A DNA stretch of 41,535 nucleotides from a virus. Lineage: Duplodnaviria > Caudoviricetes. A program made the translations under genes and the position numbers. This document shows positions 33,637 through 41,535 of this stretch, piece after piece. Within the stretch, counting starts at the first letter, position 1. Every line of letters starts with the position of its first letter. The notes under the pieces are model-generated. The model saw only the letters and a list, made by a program, of their open reading frames with translations. It was not told the DNA's origin and searched no databases. The stretch covers positions 1 through 41,535 of IMG/VR virus record IMGVR_UViG_3300038675_000183. One strand, 5' to 3'.

Positions 33637-34776
33637 ATGTCGCAAGTTTTCACAGATGACTGTTACGGATCAGCACATACCGCAACAACGGATTTACAGG
33701 CGTTCGAGGATAACTTTGCCGCTTTAAAATCCGCTTTTTCCGGGGCGACTGAGCCAGCAAACACCGTGGCCGGAATGTGGTGGTTTGATACCACAGCAAA
33801 CATTCTAAAATTACGCAACGAGGCGAATAACGCATGGCAGAGTGTTTGGGATTTCGCCAACAACAAACCAGTAATTACAAACCTGAGCAACGAAATCACC
33901 GGCGCGATGATCAGTTCAGCAATTAAGGACGCTGCCGCTGCTACTCCATCATTAAGGACACTAGGCACAGGGGCGACACAGGCTTGCGCTGGTAATGATT
34001 CACGGTTAGGCGCCCCTGCGGACTTGTCAATCACAACGGCTAAACTGGCTGCGGATGCTGTGACCAATGCTAAACTTGCCGACAATGCGGTAAAGACAGA
34101 GAATATTTATGATGGTCACGTCACAGAAGCAAAGATGGCCGCGTCCGCAATCTCTCAAACCAAACTCAAAACAGCCGTCGGGGAAGGTGTTGGGGTCGGG
34201 ACTTTTACCCTGCCGGGAGAATCCTACGGGTTTTTCCCGAAGCTCTATATGTGTCGGGCAACCTTTTCTGGATGGACTTCATATTATGCACAGATTACTT
34301 TAGCTGAAGCATGGGGAGGATATTCGCCTTCTTTCTCTCAAAGATATGTCACCTCATCGGGTGAAGTCAACTGGTTATTTATTCTGCGCGACAAGCAAAC
34401 CAAAGAAGTGAAGCGGTCATGGTACGCATCCGATCACCCCTGCATGGGTAATGGTGGTGATCCAGAACTGCTCCCTCATCCGTTTGGTGAGATTAAGGAA
34501 ACGGAAGAGATTATTGTTGTCAACCCGACGGATGATGAAATTGATGTCATTAAAAAGAAGATACCGAAACAAGGGTCGTTATTGCGTACCATTCTGGACA
34601 ACTGCGAAATAAGCGAGGCTGATGCTGAATGGACAGACAAAGACGTGACTGTCGGGTTGCCGGAAGATAGCGACTGGAAGATGCTTCAAAAGGATTCAAC
34701 CATCAAGCCGATTAAAATGAAGATACCGAAGCCAGCAAACGTACTTTGCAAAAAGTTAAAATGGAGGAAGAAATGA
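33637..34776 (+). CDS. Tail fibre/receptor-binding protein
   Basis: AGMWWFDT...LKLRN..N.AW; TACAGNDSRL-type motif; 10-aa repeats ITTAKLAADA/VTNAKLADNA. Confidence 0.8.
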   Translation: MSQVFTDDCYGSAHTATTDLQAFEDNFAALKSAFSGATEPANTVAGMWWFDTTANILKLRNEANNAWQSVWDFANNKPVITNLSNEITGAMISSAIKDAAAATPSLRTLGTGATQACAGNDSRLGAPADLSITTAKLAADAVTNAKLADNAVKTENIYDGHVTEAKMAASAISQTKLKTAVGEGVGVGTFTLPGESYGFFPKLYMCRATFSGWTSYYAQITLAEAWGGYSPSFSQRYVTSSGEVNWLFILRDKQTKEVKRSWYASDHPCMGNGGDPELLPHPFGEIKETEEIIVVNPTDDEIDVIKKKIPKQGSLLRTILDNCEISEADAEWTDKDVTVGLPEDSDWKMLQKDSTIKPIKMKIPKPANVLCKKLKWRKK

Positions 34777-34922
34777 AACGTATATTTTTAACAATTCTGA
34801 TTGTTTTGGTTTCGGTCAGTGTGTGTTTCGGCGCAAGCACGAAGATTTCACCTGACGTTGCCATCGGGTCAGGAGGGGCGGCGGTTACACTGGGAAGCGG
34901 CGCAGTTGGCACGTTGTATTAG
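34773..34922 (+). CDS. Small secreted/membrane peptide (49 aa, not in ORF track)
   Basis: GGAGG RBS; MKRIFLTILIVLVSVSVCFGA signal-like N-terminus. Confidence 0.5.
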   Translation: MKRIFLTILIVLVSVSVCFGASTKISPDVAIGSGGAAVTLGSGAVGTLY

Positions 34923-34952
34923 GTAAATACCTTGAGGGAGGATTAACGAGAA

Positions 34953-35219
34953 ATGAACCCTGTGAAGATCGAATATGAAAAAGAGGACATCTACAACAAG
35001 ACTGATTCGGAGAAATTGAACATACTATTGGACATCGCTTTTTCCAACCACAAGCAGTTAGTGACACAGGGTTTGACTTTATACGGGAATGGTGATCCGT
35101 CTAAAGGGTTGTGCAGTCAACTGGACAAACAAAGAACACGGCTCAACTGGCTAGTCGCTATCCTGTCCGCTGTCGGTTTAACCGGATTGGGGATGGTGGC
35201 AACGCTTTTGGTGCGGTGA
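34953..35219 (+). CDS. Membrane protein with a C-terminal TM helix (holin-like candidate)
   Basis: GGAGG RBS; LYGNG motif; WLVAILSAVGLTGLGMVATLLV; upstream of endolysin. Confidence 0.6.
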   Translation: MNPVKIEYEKEDIYNKTDSEKLNILLDIAFSNHKQLVTQGLTLYGNGDPSKGLCSQLDKQRTRLNWLVAILSAVGLTGLGMVATLLVR

Positions 35220-35371
35220 TGAACCCCTTTGAGGTTTGGTGGCAATGGTACGTGTGGTGGATGATGACGCTGTTTCAGCCTGACGAAGTGAAGGCTTTGA
35301 GAAACTGTCAGAACGCAAATGTCATCAGGCTAGACAGAATTGAGAAGAAGTTACGGGAGCAGGGGATATGA
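35219..35371 (+). CDS. Small Trp-rich hypothetical protein
   Basis: MNPFEVWWQWYVWWMM...; TGATG coupling. Confidence 0.45.
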   Translation: MNPFEVWWQWYVWWMMTLFQPDEVKALRNCQNANVIRLDRIEKKLREQGI

Positions 35372-35817
35372 CGCTCAAGGAATTTATCACGGCTGACGAA
35401 GGGCGCAGGGCGAAAATGTACCACTGTTCAGCGCATCGACGGACGATCGGAATAGGCCACAATATCGAGGCCAATCCCCTGCCGCCGGATATACAGAATT
35501 ACTTGGCGCAAACAGGCTACATTACCGAGGATATGATCGACAGGCTATATGATATCGACATTCGCCACGCTACGGCAGATTGCAAGGTGCTATTCCCCCA
35601 ATTTGAGACGTTCACAGAAGCGCGACAATGGGCATTAATCTCGTTTGTTTTCCAGTTAGGTTTCACAGGCGCAAAGAAGTTTATCCGGTCTGTAAAGGCC
35701 ATTAACGAACACCGCTGGGATGATGCGGCAAAATACATGATGGAGTCCCTTTGGGCAAAGCAGACACCAAAAAGGGCAAAACGCATAACAGGTATAATCA
35801 AGAGAGGTGAATTATGA
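35368..35817 (+). CDS. Endolysin, T4-lysozyme-like (GH24)
   Basis: DEG.R..MY.C.....TIGIGH; RQ.AL....FQLG; W..AA..M..S.WA.QTP.RA.R. Confidence 0.92.
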   Translation: MTLKEFITADEGRRAKMYHCSAHRRTIGIGHNIEANPLPPDIQNYLAQTGYITEDMIDRLYDIDIRHATADCKVLFPQFETFTEARQWALISFVFQLGFTGAKKFIRSVKAINEHRWDDAAKYMMESLWAKQTPKRAKRITGIIKRGEL

Positions 35818-36170
35818 GTTTATTTACAGCTATCGCAGATTTTTTTACATCGTTGTTTGGGAATGTTTCTATTAAATCGGCTAAACTTGCAGGGCTTTTC
35901 ATTGCCGCCAACAATTCTGAAAAGGTCAAGGTCATTCTGCCGTTTGCTAAAATCGGATTGGCACAGGCCAAATCAGGGGCAATGACAGAGGCACAATGGC
36001 AAGAACTTATGAACAAGGTGCTGACCGAAGTCAAAGACCCGAAGTTCAAACTGATTGTCAGTGAATTTATCACCGTCCCGAATTTCACAGGGAAGGGAGC
36101 AATCAAGGCGAACGAACAGGTTGCCAAACTTTTAGATGCTTTCATCCTGGGGCTTGAAGCAGGGGTTTAA
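35814..36170 (+). CDS. Hypothetical lysis-region protein
   Basis: ORF track; amphipathic N-terminus. Confidence 0.6.
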   Translation: MSLFTAIADFFTSLFGNVSIKSAKLAGLFIAANNSEKVKVILPFAKIGLAQAKSGAMTEAQWQELMNKVLTEVKDPKFKLIVSEFITVPNFTGKGAIKANEQVAKLLDAFILGLEAGV

Positions 36171-36172
36171 AA

Positions 36173-36574
36173 TTGCGCTATCGAAAAGGCTATAAATTCC
36201 AACTCTATGAGGACGAAGAAATCCGCACTGGTATTTACGGTAAAAATATCAAGACGGACTTCATAGAACTGTTCGCCAACGGTGTTTTAATAGGGCGAAA
36301 AGGCTATGCTTGGGATGGGGCTTCCTTTTTTTTAGCAAGGGACAATAAACACACAGTCAGGGGTACTCTATTCCACGACATCGGTTATCAGTTAATAAGG
36401 GAAGGACTCCTGACACCTGATTATAAGGCGTATTTTGATGGGTTACTTTACTTAATAATAACACAAGACGGGTTGAATAAATTGGAAGCAACGGTATGGT
36501 ATCGTGCCGTGTGGGGATTCGGGAAGAGTAGCACCCTGCCGGAGCATGACAGGCCTATTTTACAGGCTCCGTGA
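36173..36574 (+). CDS. DUF1353-like protein
   Basis: KGYAWDGAS; L.HD..YQ; Y.AV..FG. Confidence 0.75.
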   Translation: MRYRKGYKFQLYEDEEIRTGIYGKNIKTDFIELFANGVLIGRKGYAWDGASFFLARDNKHTVRGTLFHDIGYQLIREGLLTPDYKAYFDGLLYLIITQDGLNKLEATVWYRAVWGFGKSSTLPEHDRPILQAP

Positions 36575-36836
36575 CAATAAAAGGTTCACCCTTCATTTTG
36601 TAATATGTTATTATCGTAAGCCCTTTGTAATTACCGCATATTTCAATGCCATCAATCGTCGCACCTATGGGAATGTCGGCAGTAGTGAATCCTTCGCGAA
36701 GTAACTTTCCCCAAAGATCGCTTGTTCCACCGTAAGCCTTCTCCTTCATTTCACCCCCATCAATATCGCACCCCAGCCTATAATCCCCGCTATCACAGAA
36801 AGTGATAACATAAACGCTATTGCCCTTTTTAGCCAC
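36555..36836 (-). CDS. Hypothetical protein
   Basis: ORF track; end of the leftward operon. Confidence 0.5.
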   Translation of the reverse strand: MAKKGNSVYVITFCDSGDYRLGCDIDGGEMKEKAYGGTSDLWGKLLREGFTTADIPIGATIDGIEICGNYKGLTIITYYKMKGEPFIVTEPVK

Positions 36837-36851
36837 TTAACCGTTATCAGG

Positions 36852-37073
36852 TCAAGCCTTTTTACGGCGGTGGGCTTCATACTCTCTCTTTTCTCTTGCG
36901 TTGGAAACCGCCTTTTGCCAGACAGCCTCACCAGCTTCTTCAAGGCACTTTGCAAGACCGTTTGAGGCTTTGTGATCGAACGTGCAAATCAGCTTGTCGT
37001 TGACCTTGACCTCATAGTTTTGCCAGCCCGTTGTGCTGTATTCCTTTGAAATATTATGAATAATTATCATCAA
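36852..37073 (-). CDS. Hypothetical protein
   Basis: GAGGGG RBS; YEVKVN...I..F.H....GLA.CL..A. Confidence 0.65.
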   Translation of the reverse strand: MMIIIHNISKEYSTTGWQNYEVKVNDKLICTFDHKASNGLAKCLEEAGEAVWQKAVSNAREKREYEAHRRKKA

Positions 37074-37206
37074 AACCCCTCATATTCGTCATTATCCCTC
37101 TCTGGATGCGCCACCGAATCGTAAACACACAGCACAGCGTAAACAGGCCATGCCACACACAGCAACAGAATCACGCCGATGGCCTTGATGATGGTCCAAG
37201 CTGTTT

Positions 37207-37434
37207 TCACGTTGCCTCCTTATTATAATACGCACAATGGTCTTTGAGTTCTTTTTTCCTTGATATATATCCACCGCATTGGCTTGGTGGGATACCGCCT
37301 ATCCAGTACATAGATTTAGGCAACTCAGGAACTTTGTACGGATAGGTGCATTTCCCTTCTCCCGAAGGGTGTAATCTCCCCTTTGCTGTTCTATCCCAAA
37401 CCGCATATTTACAATCAAGACAGTGTTTCATCAC
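37207..37434 (-). CDS. Cys-rich hypothetical protein
   Basis: CLDC...C...C...C; coupled to neighbours. Confidence 0.6.
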   Translation of the reverse strand: MMKHCLDCKYAVWDRTAKGRLHPSGEGKCTYPYKVPELPKSMYWIGGIPPSQCGGYISRKKELKDHCAYYNKEAT

Positions 37435-37628
37435 CCCTCCTTAACCTCTGCGTCGATGCAGGCCTGGCAACGCTTTTTATGACATTCCATGATATAAGCC
37501 ATGTCTCCACGGAGCCGAGCCGCATGGCAACAACCGCACACCCGATTTATCAACCTCCCCATTCGTTCTCTATCAGGTATTGTTGCTGGGTTTTTACCGC
37601 ATATTTCACACATTTTTTGTTTCTTCAT
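37431..37628 (-). CDS. Zinc-finger hypothetical protein
   Basis: CEICGKNPAT...VCGCC. Confidence 0.6.
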   Translation of the reverse strand: MKKQKMCEICGKNPATIPDRERMGRLINRVCGCCHAARLRGDMAYIMECHKKRCQACIDAEVKEG

Positions 37629-37652
37629 CGTACCCCCTCCGGCACTTCGTAC

Positions 37653-37949
37653 TCAATCCTGATTGTAGGCATATGGCTCCTTGGGCGGTTTAGGGGTGGC
37701 TGCTATGGGTTCGGTCATAGCCCTGTTCGTTTCCTTACCAGCCCCTTGCCGCCCTTTTAATTCGTTCTCGTATTCTGTTAATTGCACTTGCAGTTCTTTT
37801 ATTTTGTGTTTCAGTTGCCTTTTCGCTTCTTTGACAGCCGCCATTCTACTGATAAACATTTCTGGATTTATGTCTTTAGAATAATAACCTTTTACTTGTT
37901 CCTCTTCGGAAATAACTTCTCCTTCGAAATCAACAAAATAATATTTCAT
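37653..37949 (-). CDS. Hypothetical protein
   Basis: GGAGG RBS; ORF track. Confidence 0.6.
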   Translation of the reverse strand: MKYYFVDFEGEVISEEEQVKGYYSKDINPEMFISRMAAVKEAKRQLKHKIKELQVQLTEYENELKGRQGAGKETNRAMTEPIAATPKPPKEPYAYNQD

Positions 37950-38221
37950 TTCCCCTCCTTTTTCAGCCCCTTCCAGACGGGGCAGTATCTTTTACAACAA
38001 GCCGTGATAGTGTTTTCCTTGTAAACGTCATTGTGTTCGCATGAATTAAAATTTTCAAAACTGCACCAGTATCTATGGCCACAATTCTCTTTCAGCTTCC
38101 TAAACGTAATCAAACGGGTTTCCATCAGTCCTCTGTATCTTCTGTTCGCAAATAGTGACGTTTTTCGTACCTTTTTGCAGACATTCGCGCTATGTCCTCT
38201 TTCAGAAACCTGATCTCCCAC
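37946..38221 (-). CDS. Cys-rich hypothetical protein (true start probably ~38125)
   Basis: ORF track; METRLITF...C..YCPVW. Confidence 0.5.
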   Translation of the reverse strand: MGDQVSERGHSANVCKKVRKTSLFANRRYRGLMETRLITFRKLKENCGHRYWCSFENFNSCEHNDVYKENTITACCKRYCPVWKGLKKEGK

Positions 38222-38370
38222 GCCTGCCGGTTTTTTATGTCCAGCACGTTGCCCAGCTCTTCCTGCAAATCCGCAACCTGTGATTTCAGCTCTTCGATTT
38301 CGGCGGCATATTTAATCAGCAGTTCAGTTTCAGACAATCTAGCCTTGACTTCAGATGAGGTGATAATCAT
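38125..38370 (-). CDS. Coiled-coil hypothetical protein
   Basis: ORF track; coupled. Confidence 0.6.
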   Translation of the reverse strand: MIITSSEVKARLSETELLIKYAAEIEELKSQVADLQEELGNVLDIKNRQAWEIRFLKEDIARMSAKRYEKRHYLRTEDTED

Positions 38371-38609
38371 GCGCTTGCCCTCCGTGGCTTTGTCTGATTT
38401 CTCTCGTTGTAGCCGCTACCCTCATCATGCCGCTTATAAACACACGCTGGACAAGCCTGATGCCAATGTGAAAGCCATTTTTGTAACGGGGTCATTTCCA
38501 TTGTGGTATGCATTGTTTTGCAGTATGGGCATTTGTTAAGCACTGGAAACAACTTGCTCACCGTGCTTTTGTGCTTTGTGTAGCCCTTATAATCTCTACT
38601 TACTGGCAT
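38367..38609 (-). CDS. Zinc-finger hypothetical protein
   Basis: CPYC...CPAC. Confidence 0.55.
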   Translation of the reverse strand: MPVSRDYKGYTKHKSTVSKLFPVLNKCPYCKTMHTTMEMTPLQKWLSHWHQACPACVYKRHDEGSGYNERNQTKPRRASA

Positions 38610-38802
38610 TGCTATCCCTCGTTAGTTTGGCATATTCCGGCCAATATATTTTGCGGTACTGCCGTTGGTATTCCCTGTAATCCGCATTAGTAGCGTATCT
38701 CTCTCGCTGTTTCCGATTCAGTTCATCCCTGTGGGCGGCACGGTATAACGCATTTGTGATGCGCTTTATTTCCCTCATTTCATTTATTTTTACTGGTTCC
38801 AC
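38596..38802 (-). CDS. Basic Arg/Tyr-rich hypothetical protein
   Basis: ORF track. Confidence 0.5.
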   Translation of the reverse strand: MEPVKINEMREIKRITNALYRAAHRDELNRKQRERYATNADYREYQRQYRKIYWPEYAKLTRDSNASK

Positions 38803-38941
38803 GTTTCACCTTCGTATTGTTTTTAATAACATCGTATTTGATAATGAAGCCCTTAATAAATTCTGCGGCCTCGTTTAGCTTGTGCTGTTCAGCAAGTAAA
38901 TATAGCTTCGTCATCTGCCTAGTGAGTTCGGATGGCTTCAT
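38780..38941 (-). CDS. Hypothetical protein (53 aa, not in ORF track)
   Basis: MKPSELTRQMTKLYLLAEQHKLNEAAEFIKG...; ATGA overlap with upstream gene. Confidence 0.45.
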   Translation of the reverse strand: MKPSELTRQMTKLYLLAEQHKLNEAAEFIKGFIIKYDVIKNNTKVKRGTSKNK

Positions 38942-39948
38942 TTAACAACCTCATTGCAGAGATATTCGTAAACGCCCTTCTGGATGTCGCCCGTTGACTC
39001 ACTGCCGATATTAGCCTTGAGAAACTCTTTTATCTGCTCGTCGGATTTGCCACTTCCCTTGGCGATTGCGTAAAATCTCTTGCGCTGATTGGCGGTAATA
39101 AGAGTGGGTGAGGGCGTATCAGGAAGCGGCTCCTGGCTCTCGACGTTGCCCTGTGGCGTGACTTCTTCCGCCGGGGGCATGGATGGTTCGGGTTCGGGCA
39201 AGGCATCGACAGGGACGTCGTCAATGACGTCAACCGGATCAAGTTCAGGGTTGTCGTCCTTCGGCGGCGGCAGCGCGATATGCGACGAGTATTCCAGGAT
39301 CCGCACGTTGTCCGTCCGCAACTGGTTGATCGTGTCGATGTTGGCGTCCATGATCAGCTTCAGCGTAAAATGCGACTGCTTCTTGTCGTCATGGTGCGTT
39401 TCTGTCTTGTCCCTGCGCAGCTTCAGCGGGACCATGGCAACCCTGCCGACCAGGGCTTTGATGTAGTCGATGCCGGAATTGATGTCTACAATGCTGTTAA
39501 ACGATCCGGTCCTGATCTGGTAAACGCCGCCGACGTTAATCTTCGGCAGAATCACGTTCAGCGTTCCGGACTGGTGGCATTTCTTTTCGTCCAGTAGCTT
39601 GCACGGGCATTGGATCTCTTCCATTTCCTTGGTGTCCGCATTCACGCGCCATGCCTTCTCGCCGTCGCCGGTGCATTTCAAACCCTTACCGCTTCCGTAG
39701 TGCTTATACGCGCATGGAAAGACGGCATCAAGTTCGTTCAGCGGCAGCATGACATCAAGCTCCGTCGGTGTTTCGCCGTAGACCTTCTTGACTTCATCCG
39801 GGACGACAAAGTATTCTGTCTCCGCCGGATATTCCACGCCTTTGGCGGTCTTGCGCTTGATCCCCAGTCGGATAATGCCCAGGCGGGGCAGCCTGCGCTT
39901 GTCGCTCAAACCCTTAATGGTGGTCACTCTCTGTGCAAATACAGTCAT
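38938..39948 (-). CDS. Phage recombination protein (Gp3-like/recombination-directionality-factor-like family)
   Basis: RLPRLG.IRLG.K....YP....YFV; C.GDGE.A; CPC...C...G.L.V.LP...GGVYQ..T.S.NS; adjacent to the exonuclease. Confidence 0.7.
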   Translation of the reverse strand: MTVFAQRVTTIKGLSDKRRLPRLGIIRLGIKRKTAKGVEYPAETEYFVVPDEVKKVYGETPTELDVMLPLNELDAVFPCAYKHYGSGKGLKCTGDGEKAWRVNADTKEMEEIQCPCKLLDEKKCHQSGTLNVILPKINVGGVYQIRTGSFNSIVDINSGIDYIKALVGRVAMVPLKLRRDKTETHHDDKKQSHFTLKLIMDANIDTINQLRTDNVRILEYSSHIALPPPKDDNPELDPVDVIDDVPVDALPEPEPSMPPAEEVTPQGNVESQEPLPDTPSPTLITANQRKRFYAIAKGSGKSDEQIKEFLKANIGSESTGDIQKGVYEYLCNEVVK

Positions 39949-41012
39949 CGTTTTTTCTCCTTCGGTTTAGATATAAAAAGACGTTCTGACATGGACTTGA
40001 CGGTCGCCCGCTCGATCTCGGCAGGCGTCAGCAGTTCCTTGTCTATTCGGTTCGACTCAATAAGCGACAACTTGACGACATATTCACCGGCGCGGCCTTC
40101 CCGTATGCCGGCCTGCTTCAGCGTGTCCTTGATCTTGCCGGCCAGATCCTTGTATTCAGCATCAATGTCGGATTTCTGGCCTCCCAGTTCCTTGTAGTAC
40201 CGCAGCATATCCGCGACATCGTCGGGCAGCATCTCGCCAGTCTTCAGTTCGGCAAATTCCTCTTTGTATCCCGCCCAGCAGACACGGTTCCAGGCGCAGT
40301 AGTCGCACTGCCAGTCGCCCATGAAATAGTCGCGCGGCGGCAGGGTGTTGGCCTTGATGTGATCGTTTACTTTTTTGAATTTATCAAAGCACGACCGGAC
40401 AGCATCGGGGATCTCTTCGTTGATCACTTTGACTTCGCCATGGGAATTGCAGGACTGCTCGACGACCGCCAGATCAGCGTCATAGTCGTAGCGGATGATT
40501 AACTCCATATAGGCAGCGGTGTTCTTGTTCTTGATCAGCAGGATCGCCTTGTTAATGTTCGGGTTATCAGAATGCAGCCCGCGCAGGTAAATGCAGCACT
40601 GGGCAACATAGTCATAGGGGATGGTGCCGTCCCAGTATTTCATCCATGTGAAATAGTTGATTGCTTTGTGTTCGTATAGGTAATCGGTGGCAAGAAGATC
40701 CGTCACGACGCCGTCAATGTGACCTTTCAGCTTGAAGTCATATCCCATGTCCGCGGTGACTTCCATCTGCTCACTGTGAATGTGAAAAGCCGACTTGCGG
40801 ATCCAGTCTGCTGTCAGGTCTTCATGGAAACTTGAATCAGAAAAGATCATAACAGCCCTACCAGCAAGCGGCTCTTTGGGGATATTTAAACCGTGATAGA
40901 CCATTTGACGGGTGCATCGCTCTGGCCCTGCCATACTTGGGCGAGGGTAATACTTGTGATCTTCTTCCTCTTGGAACTGCCCTGCTATTTTTAAAATTAC
41001 GTCAGCTAACAT
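39945..41012 (-). CDS. Cas4-like PD-(D/E)XK exonuclease
   Basis: RPS....C.RQ; H; GHIDG; YEHKA; Q...Y; C-terminal CDYC.W...C (four-Cys Fe-S pattern); likely start ATG 41012. Confidence 0.85.
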   Translation of the reverse strand: MLADVILKIAGQFQEEEDHKYYPRPSMAGPERCTRQMVYHGLNIPKEPLAGRAVMIFSDSSFHEDLTADWIRKSAFHIHSEQMEVTADMGYDFKLKGHIDGVVTDLLATDYLYEHKAINYFTWMKYWDGTIPYDYVAQCCIYLRGLHSDNPNINKAILLIKNKNTAAYMELIIRYDYDADLAVVEQSCNSHGEVKVINEEIPDAVRSCFDKFKKVNDHIKANTLPPRDYFMGDWQCDYCAWNRVCWAGYKEEFAELKTGEMLPDDVADMLRYYKELGGQKSDIDAEYKDLAGKIKDTLKQAGIREGRAGEYVVKLSLIESNRIDKELLTPAEIERATVKSMSERLFISKPKEKKR

Positions 41013-41220
41013 TTGCTTTCCTTTCATTCTTGGAATAGGGGTTTGCATGAACGTGCGAACAAGGGAAAACGTGTTGCAAAAGTGCCGCCACGATCTCCTT
41101 CTGCTGCTTTGATTCCCACTTCCGCAAGAGGCGTTTATGTTCGTTGATTGCCTGGTCTATCGGGCGAACAAGAGGGTCACGCTTTACAAACGCTCTGCTG
41201 ATTGCGGTTAGGATGTTCAT
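41002..41220 (-). CDS. Hypothetical protein
   Basis: AAGGAG RBS; HVHANP motif; coupled. Confidence 0.6.
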   Translation of the reverse strand: MNILTAISRAFVKRDPLVRPIDQAINEHKRLLRKWESKQQKEIVAALLQHVFPCSHVHANPYSKNERKANVS

Positions 41221-41535
41221 TTTGACTCCTTAAACTCTCCGTTCTTTAGTGTGTAATAAACGTCTGCCTTGATCTTCTTGCCGTCAATTTGAACAGACTT
41301 AACGTTGATTGGCTTATTGTTTTCCCACTCTGCCAGTGTTATCCAACTTCCAACTTTCCCCCTGATTTTTCCACCTTCTCCTATTGCGGCCATGACACAA
41401 TAATACCCCGTGCTTTCAATCGTGCTGTAATCACCCGAGGCCGCTTGTTTGCTGGAATTACCCGAGGCCGCTTGTTTGCTGGAATCACCCGAGGCCGCTT
41501 GTTTGCTGGAATTACCCGAGGCCGCTTGTTTGCTG
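41217..41535 (-). CDS. 3' part of the junction-spanning repeat protein (begins at 440)
   Basis: ...SKQAASGDYSTIESTGYYCVMAAIGEGGKIRGKVGSWITLAEW...DGKKIKADVYYTLKNGEFKESK*. Confidence 0.85.
   Translation of the reverse strand, partial: SKQAASGNSSKQAASGDSSKQAASGNSSKQAASGDYSTIESTGYYCVMAAIGEGGKIRGKVGSWITLAEWENNKPINVKSVQIDGKKIKADVYYTLKNGEFKESK
41422..41535. repeat. 27-bp coding tandem repeat; the last 45 nt duplicate positions 1-45
   Basis: Units at 41437, 41464, 41491, partial 41518; 41491-41535 is identical to 1-45. Confidence 0.95.

Noticed and set aside
33637-34776. Diversity-generating retroelement target in the tail fibre
   Set aside because: No reverse transcriptase in the genome and no template/variable repeat pair noticed.
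14230-36145. Numerous minus-strand and alternative-frame ORFs within the structural operon
   Set aside because: They overlap well-supported plus-strand virion genes and have no motifs or RBSs.
39945-41012. Cas4 as evidence of a CRISPR-Cas locus
   Set aside because: Stand-alone, paired with a recombination protein, with no other cas genes or CRISPR array.

Overview
The window is an apparently complete ~41.5 kb siphovirus-type (HK97-fold) phage genome. It was opened inside a coding 27-bp tandem repeat: bases 1-45 equal bases 41491-41535, and one minus-strand gene runs across the junction. A divergent promoter pair at ~2390-2470 separates a leftward early arm from a rightward arm. The leftward arm holds a ParB-like protein, a Cas4-like/PD-(D/E)XK nuclease, a recombination protein and many small ORFs. 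The rightward arm holds a Cro-like HTH, a NinG-like nuclease, a replication initiator with iterons, a DnaB-like helicase, HNH, ParB plus radical SAM, terminase, portal, ClpP protease, capsid, tail and lysis genes. No integrase was recognised. The standout feature lies between the large terminase and the portal. A 294-aa Nop/IS110-RNA-binding-domain protein with no nuclease domain and a zinc-ribbon insertion is followed by two arrays of exact 36-nt units (AGCGA-N9-TGAAACCCA-N9-TGCG; 6 + 4 units). The arrays flank a 206-aa putative DNA-binding gene and end at a hairpin. This is a TIGR-Tas (TasA-like) RNA-guided system. Other notable items are a c4-like antisense RNA aimed at the replication gene leader, two glycosyltransferases in the tail module, a radical SAM enzyme, homing-endonuclease remnants and a -1 frameshift tail chaperone. 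All calls come from reading motifs by eye; no database searches were run.
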